A DNA stretch of 64,000 bases. Origin: Felis catus (taxonomy: Eukaryota). The notes below the pieces were generated by a model. It had not been told where the DNA came from. It was given only the letters and a program-made list of their open reading frames with translations, and did no database searches. Both the position numbers and the translations under genes were made by a program. Numbering within the stretch: position 1 is the stretch's first letter; each line of letters opens with the position of its first letter. Location: contig NC_058368.1 in the NCBI RefSeq assembly GCF_018350175.1, positions 125,614,001-125,678,000 on the forward strand. Reading direction: 5' to 3'. Shown here piece after piece: positions 1 to 12,040 of this stretch.

Positions 1-865
1 AAGCCAAGAGGAAGCAGCTGAACAAAGTTGGGTGCTAGCTAAGAAGGGTGATAGTCAGATATTCATGAAACTCAGATAGCTAAACAGGTTTTAAATGCAA
101 TTTCAAATATATCTTTTTATTTCTTTGATGTATCTCCATACTAGATAGTATTTTATTCTATGGATTAGATGTGAATACAACTCTTTATTCCTGTCTTGAA
201 AAAATACCACTCTTTAGGAATCATAAATGGGAGTGACCAATCCTCTTTTTCATTGTAATAGCTGTAGCATTAGTGAAGAACAGAGACTGCCTTTCAAAGG
301 TGTGATGACCCTATGAATTCATTTCTGTAAAGAAACAGAATGAAGCAATGTGAAGAACAGAAGAAGAAGGAGGCTAATTCTAGTGTTATGCCATCTTTAG
401 AGAATTACTCCCAGCCACCTAGCTTCCTCCTGTAAAACATTTGACTGGAAGCTCATTAAGTTACTGCTACATTCTGTGGTAAAAAAAACTGTGGCTACTT
501 ACTTGGTTCCGTTAAAAAAAAAATCTGTGCTAATGAAAACTTTAGGTAGAGTTGGTGACTATCTTTTGTGCTTCCATAGCACATTTAATGTAGTTCAATT
601 GTAGCCTATTGGGCTATTGTTCTATTGTTCATGGGTTTTCCCAGTAGGTGGTGATTTTCTTGACCTCAGAAATTTTTATTCATCTTTATATCCCTCAGCA
701 CTTATTGTACTAGTAGGCAGTAGATAAATGGTGAATGAATGAACTGAATAAATATCAAATTAATAGAAGCATTTCTAGGCTGTAAAAATCTTTACTGCTT
801 CACTTTAGCCTTTTTTTCTGAAATAATTATTCAATTACTTGATCATAATTTGATGTGAAATATTT

Positions 866-893
866 TTTTAAGTTTATTTGTTCATTTTTGAGT

Positions 894-924
<31 letters not shown>

Positions 925-1277
925 GGAGAGAGAGACAGAAAATCCCATGTGCTGACAGCACGGAGTCCAATGTGGGTCTTGAATTCATAAACTATGAGAT
1001 CATGACCTGAGCTAAAATCAAGAGTTGGACACTTAGGATCACCTAGGTGGCTCAGTCACTTGAGCGACTGAGCCTTGGTTTTGGCTCAGGTCATGATCTT
1101 GCGGTTCGTGAGTTCGAGTCCTGCGTCCAGCTCTATGCTGACAGCGCAAAGCCCACTTGGAATTCTCCCTCTTTCCCTCTCTCTGCCCCTCCCTGTCTCT
1201 CTCTCTCAAAACAAATAAATAAACTTAAAAAAAAAAAAGAGTTTGACGCTTAACCAATTGAGCCACCCAGGATCGCC
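866..1277 (-). mobile_element. Can-SINE (SINEC_Fc-like), host element interrupted by a second SINE
   Basis: Poly-T, (GA)n and reverse SINE body ...GAGATCATGACCTGAGCTAAAATCAAGAGTTGGAC; head resumes ...CTTAACCAATTGAGCCACCCAGG at ~1249-1277; perfect 15-bp TSD TGATGTGAAATATTT at 851-865 and 1278-1292. Confidence 0.93.
1036..1238 (+). mobile_element. Can-SINE nested inside the previous SINE
   Basis: tRNA-like head GGTGGCTCAGTC...GAGTTCGAGTCC, (CT)-rich linker, AATAAA plus A-tail; TSD AAGAGTTGGACACTTA (1020-1035) / AAGAGTTTGACGCTTA (1237-1252). Confidence 0.93.
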
Positions 1278-1514
1278 TGATGTGAAATATTTAATTAGAA
1301 TTAGAATCTAACTTGTATTCCTCATAACTTGTTTCTCTTTTCTCTGTGTTTGTCCATTTGACTTGCAAGCATGGATTCCAGTCTTGTCTCAGTGTGACTA
1401 ATTCCTAAGTTGGTGACTCGAAACTATACCTCCTCTCCATGTTCCATTCTTGGACATCCCTACCTGGATGTTCTGCCGATACTGCACACTCTGTATACAA
1501 AGTGTGCTAGAAAA

Positions 1515-1720
1515 TGAGATGGACTAGGAGGCAGAAGACTGGTTCCTAATTCTGCCTTTTCCGTTAACTGGCTGGGGAACTTAGCAAGTCATTTAACTTC
1601 TCTGAGAGTCAATTTCCTCAATCTAACAGGAGGCACTAGCTGCAGTAATGGTTTCCAGAATGTACAGTGCAGCTCTGTAGAGTTCTGAAACACTATAGAA
1701 ACCATCATAATTATTTAACA
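1515..1720 (+). mobile_element. MIR SINE remnant
   Basis: Core-like GGACTAGGAGGCAGAAGACTGGTTCCTAATTCTGCC...GCAAGTCATTTAACTTCTCTGAG. Confidence 0.65.
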
Positions 1721-2614
1721 TTGGCTGTGTGTTACCTACGCTAGCTTGTGAAAATGTAGAACTTAAAGGAAATTCATGAAAAATGCATTGTAATTCTCTT
1801 AGGCAGTTCTCTGAAGCAATGAAAGGGAGGCTTTGTTTAGAAGGAAATCTATTTGAATTTTGCCATCACAGTTCCACTAGTAATGAAGTAGAGCCTTGAT
1901 ACCATGGGAAGGCAATGGAAGCCCATTCATTGGGAATGACTTGTGTTACTGCTTGGCTAGTTTTTAAGAAAAGCCTGTGTCAACACTTTCTGTGATGATC
2001 ACTATGCCTTGCTGAGCTGCTTCATGTAGAACAGCTTGCTTCAGGACATACTGCTCCTCATTATAGCTGCCACTAACCCATTTGCCAAGGCCAGGAGATA
2101 CTGGGATGTGAACACATAGCCCACTTGGCAAGAAGTGCATATCATCAGAGCAGGGGCCTCTGGCCACATGTCTTTAGGTCAAGATGGGTGGTCTGACTTG
2201 AATGGGACTTAGCCTCACAGCATGCAAAGTTATTAACTTTCTGGAGCCAGTACTTGGGAATAGGATATTGTGCTTTGATACCAAATATGTCAACATCTAC
2301 CATTTGTTTTTATGTACATTTTTTTTAAGTCACTTTCCTGATTTTTTTTTTTAAAGGAATGAAATGGAAGCCTTTTTACCCAGGGCTAACTTGAACCTTC
2401 TGAGTATAATCCTGCCCGTTCTATTTCTCATCTTTATTATTAGACCAACTACCCAGACACAGCCCATGACCTCATGGAGGCGGGTCACACATACTCTCTA
2501 GTGTTCATGGACAGTGGCTTTGTAGTTCCACTAATGTGTTCCTTCCTGGTAATCATAGCACAGCCTCACTCCAAGTTTGTGTGACTGGAACTTGAAAATA
2601 TCTCTGACTTGAGT

Positions 2615-2860
2615 GTTGCTTTAGGTGAGTGAATTTGAGGCATCTATGGGATTTACAAATGGTGTTCCCTGTTGGAAATTGGAGGCATATACTTGCAGCT
2701 CAGGGAAGAGTTCTGAGCTGGAAATGTGAAATCGGGATTCACCAGTGCTACATAGCTCTTGAGATTATTGAAGTAGAAGAAATCACCTGGAGCATGTATA
2801 GAATGAGGATGGCATCTGAGAAAACTGAGAGGCCTGTAGTGGGTGAGTTGAGCTGAGAAG
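2615..2860 (-). mobile_element. L2 LINE remnant
   Basis: Typical L2 antisense motifs GAATTTGAGGCATCTATGGG...GCTCAGGGAAGAGTTCTGAGCTGGAAATG...GAAATCACCTGG. Confidence 0.55.
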
Positions 2861-3202
2861 ACCAAAAGTTATCCTGAGAAGGTAATTTTATTGCTTCCTA
2901 ATGAAATAGGCTATGTCTGAGAGCTATTTTTCTGCTTGTTGTCTGAATGTAGGCACTAACTAGTTATACCTCTTTTCCTATTCAACAGTTTTGAATTGAG
3001 TTATGTTGACTTTGTTAGCTAATCTCCAATGACCTTTTGTTAGTCCAGAGGCAGGAAATTCCTCACTATTGATCATTTCAGTTGTTTGAGTAGATTCCAA
3101 CAAGTGTTTTTTGAGATCTTTCTTAGAAGATTTGCACTTAGTAGCAGTTAGAGGTATAATTCACATTTGAAATATGAAGTTTAGACTTCATATGAGTAGA
3201 GC

Positions 3203-3421
3203 TTTGATTCTCAACTGATCATGATATTCCTCTACATGGGACACTTTTTGACACTTTTAAAACTTTTCACCACTGTGTACATATGTGTGTAGGGATGCTC
3301 TTGGTATTTGATAGGTAGAAATCAGGGATGCTGCTAAACATCTTGCAGAGTATAGTATAGCCCATTACAATAAAGAATTATCTGGTCCATAATGTCAATA
3401 GTGCCACTATTGAGAAACCTA
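3203..3421 (+). mobile_element. MER20-like hAT-Charlie MITE
   Basis: CAGGGATGCTGCTAAACATCTTGCAG...AAAGAATTATCTGGTCCATAATGTCAATAGTGCCACTATTGAGAAACC matches the MER20 3' half as I recall it. Confidence 0.8.
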
Positions 3422-3429
3422 GGTTTGAA

Positions 3430-3910
3430 AATATGCTATTGAAAGATTTTTGAACAAAAAAGTTGTATCCCCAGATTTGCATTTAAAAAATTATTCTGCT
3501 GCAAGAAAAGTAGAGTGATTGGCAGGGTTGGAAGGGAGAAGAATGGAAACAAGGTAGAATGCCATTATAGTGTCCTAGGCAAGAGTTACTGGTTTCTTGA
3601 GTTATTGTGGTAGAAGTGAAGATGGAGAGAACCAGATGGTATCAAAATATGTTTTGGGCTAGAAATGTCAGGACTTGTCAGCAATTGAATGTGAGTGTTG
3701 AGAGAGAGAGGAATGAATCATGCTGGACTCTCAAATTTCTGTCTTGAGAATCTAGGGGAATATGTACAGAATGAGATGAGGAAAATGGGCAAGAAGTGAG
3801 TTTGGAGGCTGAGTTAAGAGTTCTATTTGAGGTCTACTACATTTGAGATGCCTATGAATTTGAAATGAAGTAGGCAGTTCGATATATATGAGTTGGAAAA
3901 TCAGAATACT
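3430..3910 (-). mobile_element. L2 LINE remnant
   Basis: GAAGATTTTTGAAC...CAGATTTGCATTT...GTCCTAGGCAAGAG...CAGGACTTG...TTTGAGATGCCTATG are L2 3'-region motifs. Confidence 0.6.
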
Positions 3911-4091
3911 TAAAATGTGGCTGTACAAATCATATTTCCACATCCTAAAAGAAGATATAACATGCTTAAGAGCAAAATGTCTTGAGTGACAGATAGTTCC
4001 TAGCTCAGCCTACCACTTACTTGTGTAAATTGGGGCAATTTCCTTCCTGTCTCTGATGATAATAGTTTCCTTATGTGTGAAAGAAATAGAT

Positions 4092-4708
4092 TAGTGTTTT
4101 TCAACCAATTCATCCCCAACAATTCCTTCTATTAATTTTCTCTCATTAATCCCATGTTTTGAATTTTTAAAAAGTCATCATAATGTATTGCATTCATTAA
4201 GAAAGCATACACTAGTTCTATCTATGTCGTCAACATTTTTCCAATTAATGTCTTGTTCACATTTTAAAGCCTTGATAATTATGGCTTGTTGGATAAGATG
4301 GTATACATTCTCAGAAATGAAGTTTAAATGCAGCCATGCCTTGGTATCGTTTATTGCTACTGATCATTAACTTCTCTCTCTTTTACAGTCTTTTTCAATC
4401 CAGGATCAATTATATATTGGATATATTTAGTTTGGGTCCTGAGACCTCCTGGGTTATGACTATGTTAATAAGTGTGAAGCAGCTATCATAAATAACTAAT
4501 CAAAGCTTCTAATCAAAGAGAACCAGCACTCTATTACTGTTCTACACAGTACTATACAGATTTGATAAAATGTCTGCAAAAGTAAAGACCCTGACATTTT
4601 AGTTAGTCCAATATCCTCGTTGTGAGCAAATATTTTCATTTTTAAATATTAGGACATATTTAATGATTATTTTTGCTACATTCATTGGTCCCAGGTTGGA
4701 AACCATTG
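4092..4708. mobile_element. Probable hAT-Charlie non-autonomous element inserted in a MIR
   Basis: Degenerate TIRs TAGTGTTTTTCAACC (4092) / GGTTGGAAACCATTG (to 4708); MIR-like sequence on both sides (~3965-4090 and ~4710-4750). Confidence 0.4.
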
Positions 4709-5574
4709 TACTTGGTAATATCTAGTGCTTCCAGATTTATCATCCTTTGATTCATGTCACTTTATGTTATATTCTGATTCCTAATAATTAGACTTTTAAA
4801 TTTAAGGGTTAAGTAGCCATATACGTATTTTGGTACTGGATGTGAACTTTTAGCATTGCAACTCTTTAGCAGTGGGAATTTATTGATAATTTCAAGATGG
4901 TTTATCACTTTCTTCTTAAGTCAAGGTTTTATTAAGTAAAGTTACATCAATTTCTTATTAAAAGAATTGTAGAATATTGTATCCTATAAATCAAATAGGT
5001 ATACAGAGAGGTGGGCCAAAGTTTTAGGACTATAATCTGAAAATAATCATTCTGAGGAAGAGGCAGGCACTGGTAAGGCAGTAGGAAGTCACAGACCTTA
5101 TTGCTGGCAATGAGAAAAAAATTCAGGTAGGTATAAAGCCACAGCATGAGTGTATAGGAAATGATAATAGGCAAGCAGACAGCACAAAGAAATCCCAAAG
5201 CAAAGTATCTGGAGCACTGAACAAGCAGGACTTTGTAGTTCCAGGTGGGAACTAGACATCCAGGGAACCTGGGGTATAGTTAATAGGGCCTCGGTCCTAG
5301 AGCAACTGACCTCTGGGCAGTTATCAGCATTGGAGTTTAGGCACAGCAAAACTAGGCAGGGAACCAATATCTGAATAACTGTATCAGATGGTATCTCAGC
5401 CTTTGGGGAAATTTCCACTTATTAGAACATGGAATCAAGGTCAAAGCTAGAGAAGGAGTGAGTGTGATGATGCCAAGTCCCTACCTGGTAACAGCAAGTG
5501 GCAGAAATTCAGTCTGATGTAGTTCAAGAGAAATGCAGATTGTAGAGTCATATAATTTGGAAATACAGGGATGG

Positions 5575-6048
5575 TTGGTGGTTTTAAATGTCCACATGTG
5601 CTTTGTGGAAACTGAACCTAATTCTTCTCTCCTTGAGCACGGGCTGAATTAATGGCTCACTTCCAGTGAATAGAATACAGTGTCAGTACCGTGTGTGGTT
5701 TTGGACTGCGACTCCTTATTTGCTCTCACTCTTGGATCACTCATTCTCGGATCACTCACTCTGGGGGAATCATGTCATGAGGATATTTAGACAACCCTAT
5801 GGAAAGATCCATTTGGCAATGAACCAAGGCCTTTCTGCCAATGGCCATCTTTGGAGTAGATCCTCTAGCCCCAGGAAAACCTGCAGCCTGACCCATCACT
5901 GGACTATAGCCACATGAGCTATCCTGAGCCAGAACCAACCAGCTAAACCACTCCCAGGTTCCTGACTCTCAGGAACAGTGGGAAATAACATACTGTTTTA
6001 AGTTGCTAGGCTTTGGGGTAATTTGTTATGCAGCAATAGATAACTGAT
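5575..6048 (+). mobile_element. MLT1F/E-like MaLR solo LTR, nested in an older MLT1J/K-like LTR (~5485-6480)
   Basis: GGATCACTCACTCTGGGGGAA...CTGAGCCAGAACCAACCAGCTAAACCACTCCC...TTTTAAGTTGCTAGGCTTTGGGGTAATTTGTTATGCAGCAATAGATAACT (MLT1 3' end). Confidence 0.75.
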
Positions 6049-6994
6049 GAAGGAGGACACAGTTTCACACATGGCTATATCCTGGCACTCAGAAGCACTC
6101 TGTTATTCTCTGTTTTTCACCTTAGCTTTCCAAGTCCAAATCTGTTTTGTTTTGTCCTCAAAACAGCTCTCTGCATGTGATATAGGAGATAGCCTCAGGT
6201 AATCATAAGCTCACATCCTTATGATTCATGCGATTCAGGTGAGAGATTCTGTTTTTTCTAGGCTCCATATATGACAACTTAAGAGAATGTTCTTATCTGG
6301 CTCTATTGAGTCATGTGTCCACCATACATCCCCTGTCTTGGGGGATACAGAGTCATTGCTTGAGTCAGCTTTTCTGTCTACTCTTGTGGCCACATGTGGA
6401 GTCTCATTGTTAATATCCTTCTCCCAGTCTCAGGGGATGTGGGAGAGGTAATTCCCTCATAAGCAGGGTGTTATTTTCAGAGGAGATGAGTTAGGAGTAT
6501 GGGTCAGGAGCATATGAGAGATGTCCGGCACAGTGAAATCAAAGGGGATCTACAAAGAAGATTCTTATTTTTTTCATTTACAACTACCCTTTCAGAGCAA
6601 TCTTGATAATGTTAAATACCTGACGCAGATGTTGAAAAAATTCTCAGTATCAACTTTTAAAATCCAGTAGCACCACTGCTACTATCTAGCAATCTTGCTT
6701 GCCTATTCCAGATGAGCTTAAGAACCAAGAAGTAGGTAGACACAAAAGTAGAATGGGTTTTATCAATATATATGCTCTCTGGTACTGTGTCAGAGCCCCA
6801 TTTTTTTTAAATCTACAATTCTTAGAAACTGAATGTATAACTCAGGATAGGAAATCCTGGGAGCTCACCATACCCACAGTCCACTCCAGAGAAGCAGCTG
6901 CCAGTGTTTCCTAAAGTATAGCTAGTAACGAATACAGTGGGTATAATCTGCTGACTGCTTTACTGTATGTTCCAGGCCCTCCATGTCCAATTCC

Positions 6995-7390
6995 AGGGAA
7001 TTGGCTTATGTGATTGTGGGGAGTAAGTCCATTGGGCCAGCAGTCACTAAGGGAAGATCATGAGCAGGTTGGAACCTGCAGGCCTGGGCTGAAGCTCCTG
7101 TCCACAGGCAGCAATTTCTCTTTTCTTCTCCCTGCTGCCTCCCCCAACCATAGAAAACCTAAGTTTTCTTTTTAAAGCCTCCCAATTATTTAGGTCCATC
7201 TACTCAGGATAACTTGACTTCCAACTGATTAATTGAGGCCCACACAGGATTATCTTCATAACTTAAAGTCAACTGATTAGGGACTTTACTATATCTGGAA
7301 AATCCCTCCATAGCAGCACCTAAGTTAAGATTCATTAAATAAGAGGGGGCTGTAGTTAAGCCTAGCCAAGTTGACACATCAAAAAAACAT
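6995..7390 (-). mobile_element. MLT2-type (ERVL) LTR
   Basis: GGGAATTGGCTTATGTGATTGTGGG...CTTAAAGTCAACTGATTAGGGACTTT...CCTAGCCAAGTTGACACAT. Confidence 0.75.
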
Positions 7391-7399
7391 GATGGTGCT

Positions 7400-7570
7400 T
7401 TATAGAATTCTCACTTTAGTCCTTGTAATAATAATAGAACTATTATTTCCATTTTATAAATGAATACAGACCTAGGAATGTTCACCAATTTGCTCAAGGG
7501 CTCAAGGGAAATGACAGAACTGGGCTACCAAACCAGGCCTTCTGTTTTCCAAATGTGAGCTCTTTCTACA
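7400..7570 (-). mobile_element. MIR remnant
   Basis: TTATTATTTCCATTTTATAAATGAA...TTTGCTCAAGG...CAGAACTGGG. Confidence 0.55.
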
Positions 7571-8246
7571 ATGCTGTTTTGTGCTGGCCACATCTGGTTG
7601 GGCCTTATCTAGACACTAGAACTAGAGGCAAAGTCAGCTATCCATAGAGGACCAATGACTTATGATGTGGTCTGGTGTGATATCTCTGTTCAGATGGAAT
7701 GGCCCCAGCTGGGTAGTGATTGGGAGATGTGGTCAGATTCTCTGTGTTGGAGAGTTTGAAAGTGAGACAGAGAAAGAGACAGAGACATAAAGGGCTGTAG
7801 AATTCCAGATTCACACCAAGAGAACTGTGCAGGAAGTGTGGGGCATTGGAAGCCATGTACAGAAGAAACAGAGAGAAGAGGGAATAGATTGGAGTAAAGG
7901 GGAAAAGAATAATTGGGACACCATAATTGGGGGAGGAGCTTGAATTAAGGTGGTGAAGGCAGATGTCTCATGGGATGTCCTGGAGGAGCACTGGCTCCAT
8001 TCTTAGATTGCATGCGTGTGTTCTTCTCCAAGCTTGCTTAGTAGTGGAGTGGCAAACATGATTTACTTCACTTGAAGAGTTTTAAGAAGAAGGTTTAAAG
8101 GGATATTCAGCAGGTAAGTCTGGCAAGGGTATGAAAAATCTTAGTAGTTCAAGCCTTTAGCCTAGACTTCTCCTGAAGTTTCCACAAGGGTGCAGGACAC
8201 AGGTGGTATTTACCTCTAACAGGCCACAACTCAACACATCCAACAG

Positions 8247-8395
8247 CCTTGCTACTTGGGGTGGTCCATCATAGGCATCACATGGGAGCTTGTTGAGCAT
8301 GTAGGTAGTCAGGCCCCACCCACATCACAATCCAAATCTGTAATTTAATAAGAGCCTTGACTAATTTGTGTGCACATTAAAATTCAACAGGATAC
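8247..8395. mobile_element. MER5-like hAT MITE
   Basis: GTGGTCC...GCATCACATGGGAGCTTGTTGAGCATG...CAGGCCCCACCC...AAATCTGTAATTTAATAAG...GCACATTAAAATT. Confidence 0.65.
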
Positions 8396-9229
8396 TTTAT
8401 TCAGGCATAACAGGCTGCATCTGAACATTCCAAATCCTTTTACCTGGTGATGACTGCCCTAAGGGAATCCATAGTTTCATCCCATCCGTTATGTGAACCC
8501 CCATTCCGTCTCCCCCATGGAGAATATGGAAACTGGGTCAGAAGAGCTGGCCCATGAACCCTGGACAGTATTCTAGTTCCCCATGGGAACCAGCATTGGG
8601 AATGCTGAGTCTTCTTAATTTTCTTTTTTTGTGTGTTTTTATATCATCCTCCATTAACTGAGAAAGCTGAGTGTATGACTGTCCTTGCAACCTAATGGAT
8701 TGTGACAAATAGCCTGAGTAATTTAATTTGCAAAGCCACAGGGATTATAACTATGGTAAATTAAACATGGGAAGTAGGGCTTTTAGAAATAGGTACACTG
8801 AGACCAAGAGGAAGCTGTTGACGACAGATAAACCACTCCTGATTACAATAACCTGTGTTATTTTATGTGGGTGAAAATAGCCCACAGGCCTCCCTCAACA
8901 GGAACTCTGGCTCTTTCTGTTTTGCAGAATGTACAATACATAATGGTGATAAGGAAGGCTGAGTCATAAGAGAAAGGTTTAGCTGACTATAGCATACTGA
9001 TTAGGAAGGTAGAGAAGTTTAAAATACATTTTTAAAAGATTTTCAGTAAATACAATGACAATAATACATAATTTGGGGCTTATATAAAACTTCTGCTCTC
9101 TGAAAAACAGATTTCCAGCATGACTCATTCTCCAGGCCTCTAGAGTACAAGGTGTATTGAGATGCTTACCACTACTTCCCACCCTCTGAGACTGTGTCTC
9201 TTGTGGCACCAGGGGAAGCAGCTACGGGT

Positions 9230-9620
9230 GCTACTTTGTCCTTTCCTTATCACCATGACTTATTTTTCCCAGCTGGATTCATTAAATTCAGTCTCTCAAG
9301 AACATGAAATTGGGACACATAGCCTCTCACTAGGCATGTGAGTTGAGAAGCCATATGAAGATGGGTTTGGGTCTGATAATATTTGCCAAAGCACAGAAAG
9401 TTAGCTGAAGAGAAAATGTGAGGTAAAAAGCACTCAAGCCCATGGATTTGGAAAGCAAAACTTCCTCAGTTTATCATTCATTCTAATCCTTCTTGAGGTC
9501 CTATTATACTACTTGCTTTGGGTACCATGAAATACCTTGTCTCCCCCTCCCCCCACATACACAAATTCCACTATTTTTGGTTAAGCTAATTTGAGTACTG
9601 TCTGCTCCTTGCAAACAATT
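9230..9620 (+). mobile_element. Old MLT1K/L-like LTR remnant
   Basis: 3' end TTTTTGGTTAAGCTAATTTGAGTACTGTCTGCTCCTTGCAAAC resembles old MaLR ends. Confidence 0.4.
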
Positions 9621-11090
9621 GTTCCTTGTGGAGGATAAGAGGCTATTCTCTAAAATCTATGATGATTCCTAGTATTTTACCAGCAATAGGTCATGGTGGC
9701 TAAGGGGCAAAATGGGGTACAGAGGACAGAGCATAGAGGAGGAACTCACCATAGCCATTTGGGCCAGACTGGCAGCAGAAGGTATGGTGATCAAATGGCA
9801 GGCCACAGATACCAGGCTGGAATCCCAGGCAGAGGTCAATGACTGAAGATGCATGATGGGTAGGAGGACCTAGGAATGTGCCTGGCCACAGGGTTTAGGC
9901 TGGACATAGGAAATAGGCTGAGGATGATTTGGAAGCGGCACCTGAGGTTGGGGCACAGGTGTAAGGTTTGCCTCCCAGCAATGAAAGGGACAGTTCTGTC
10001 TGGTCATAGCAGCTATTTTAGGGTAGGTCAGAAGAAGGGATGCTGTGGCCTGGAGACCACAGCAGAGGCTTGGGCCTTCTCAGGACCACCAGAGACATCA
10101 GAGATCATAACTTCCATGTCCCCTGGCTCTATGGTTGAGCAATTTTCTTTGGAGTGCAGACTCTTTCTTTCTAGGCCACTTTATACCAGCTATCCATTCA
10201 TGTGGTTAGGATCTCTTCTGTAAGTCTAATTCTCTCTTCTTGGAAAAAAAACAGTATATTGTTTTTTTCCCTCCCAAGGTTAACCTAATCATGCTTGTGG
10301 CTTGTTTGCACCCATGTGATACTTGGTCCAATTGGTATCTCTTAAGCCTGGTGTTAAAGCCAACCAACATTTATTTTTCTTTTTTAATGTTGGGGTTTGT
10401 CCCAGGCAAAGCTTTGGCTAACTGCTGAGAATCCATTGAAATTAACTTTAAGTAGCCTTTGTCAATTCTCAAGTTTTTGTCTTGGTTTTTGTTTTGTTTT
10501 TTTCCTTGTTGTCTGTGACTGCAGAGGGAAGAGAAAGTAAATGTTCTGGGGGTTATGTATATGTATGTATGGGTGTGTTGCTACAAAATTTGTAGAGTGT
10601 GTTTTAAAGAATTTCTCAAAAATTTCAAATTTTTGAAATTCATGTACTTGGACAGTGGGAATGCTCACTGTTTTGACATTTATTAAGATGGAACAATTTT
10701 AGCTATTCAGGTACTTTAGATTTTATCCCTGCTGCCAACTTTTGACTTATTATTTATTATTCTGATTTTAATGTGATAACAAATTAGGTTTTGACAGACA
10801 ATTTTAGATTATATCTTCCTTTTCAGAAGCATATTAATTTTTGAATTTTTGAAATTCTCTGACAAATCATCATGTATCTTAGGCATTAACATCAACTATC
10901 TCTATAAAAAAGTAAATGGGTTCCCATCTACTTTATTCAAATGACCTGCATTTCTTAGAATGTATTGTAAAACATTCATTTATTTAACAGCCAAATATTA
11001 GGTATGTACTTTATTGGCACTATGCACAGGGACAGGGCTTGACTCTTCTAGAAGTATAAAACTGTAATTAAGAGCAAGGGCTTTAGAGGT

Positions 11091-11330
11091 TGTCTTAGGA
11101 CAGGTTCCCTCAGAAGCAGATCCTAATGTACAAGTGCTTGTACATTATTTGTTCATGAAAAAAGTGCTTCCCTGGGAGACAAATAAAGGAATTGGGGCAG
11201 CAGACCAGTAAGAGGAGGAAACGAAGCAAGGACTTCACAAAGTCTCACACAGGTAGGCTTCACCCTGAAACTGCTCCACCCCACAACAGTCAGTAAAAAG
11301 GCATCTCAAGGGAGCAGGGCAAAGCATCAG
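11091..11330 (-). mobile_element. LTR16-like (ERVL) fragment
   Basis: TGTCTTAGGACAGGTTCCCTCAGAAGCAGATCCT...GGGAATTGGGGCAGCAGAC. Confidence 0.5.
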
Positions 11331-11379
11331 TATTACTTCTTAAAGAGTCAGAGTTTGAATGGACAGCCAAAAATTAACA

Positions 11380-12040
11380 GTTAGATGAAAATCTCTAGGG
11401 TAAATATCAAAGAACAAAGTAAGCAAAGGAAATAACAGAGGAAGAAAACATAGAATTGAATCTTTTAATTAATGTCCTTCAAGAAATAAGAGAAGATTAT
11501 TATATCCATGAACAATAGGCCATCAAAAGGGATATTTAGGAATAAAAGAACAGTTTTAAATTAAAAAAAAATATGATGGCTCAAATAATTCAGTAGAAGG
11601 GTTGGAAGGTAAAGTTCTCCTTTCCCAGAAAGTAGAACAAAATATAGAGAAATGGTAAGAAAATTAGTAGATCAATCCTGATTGTCTATCATCTGATAAG
11701 TTAGAATTCCAAAAAAAGAGAAGAGGGAATAAGGGAAAATTTTCAGAGAAATAAGATGATTTAGAAAAGCAGATACACATGAGCCTTCAGATTTTCAAAG
11801 GTCTTGTTACCACAAGGTAACAAGGTCTGTGCTCAGACCAATGAATTAAAAATGATTTATAAGCAAGCATACCATTGTAAAATTTCAGAAAATTGGAAAT
11901 AAAGAGAAGTAGAATTTTTTTTGATAAATTGGAAAGGGGAAAAGATTACATATAAAGGTTAATGAATACAAATGGCATTGACTTCTCAACAAAAACACTG
12001 GATGCAAAAGGCCAATGGAACAATGCTTTCAAAACATTTT
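11380..12040 (+). mobile_element. Ancient L1/HAL1-type ORF1 remnant
   Basis: A-rich coding-like tract; near 11980-12040 translates DFSTKTLDAKGQWNNAFKTF, the L1 ORF1p C-terminal motif (cf. ADLSTETWQARKEWQDIF in the young L1 here); many stops. Confidence 0.7.

Noticed and set aside
1036..1125. tRNA gene
   Set aside because: The A/B-box sequence is the tRNA-derived head of a Can-SINE; the same applies to all other copies.
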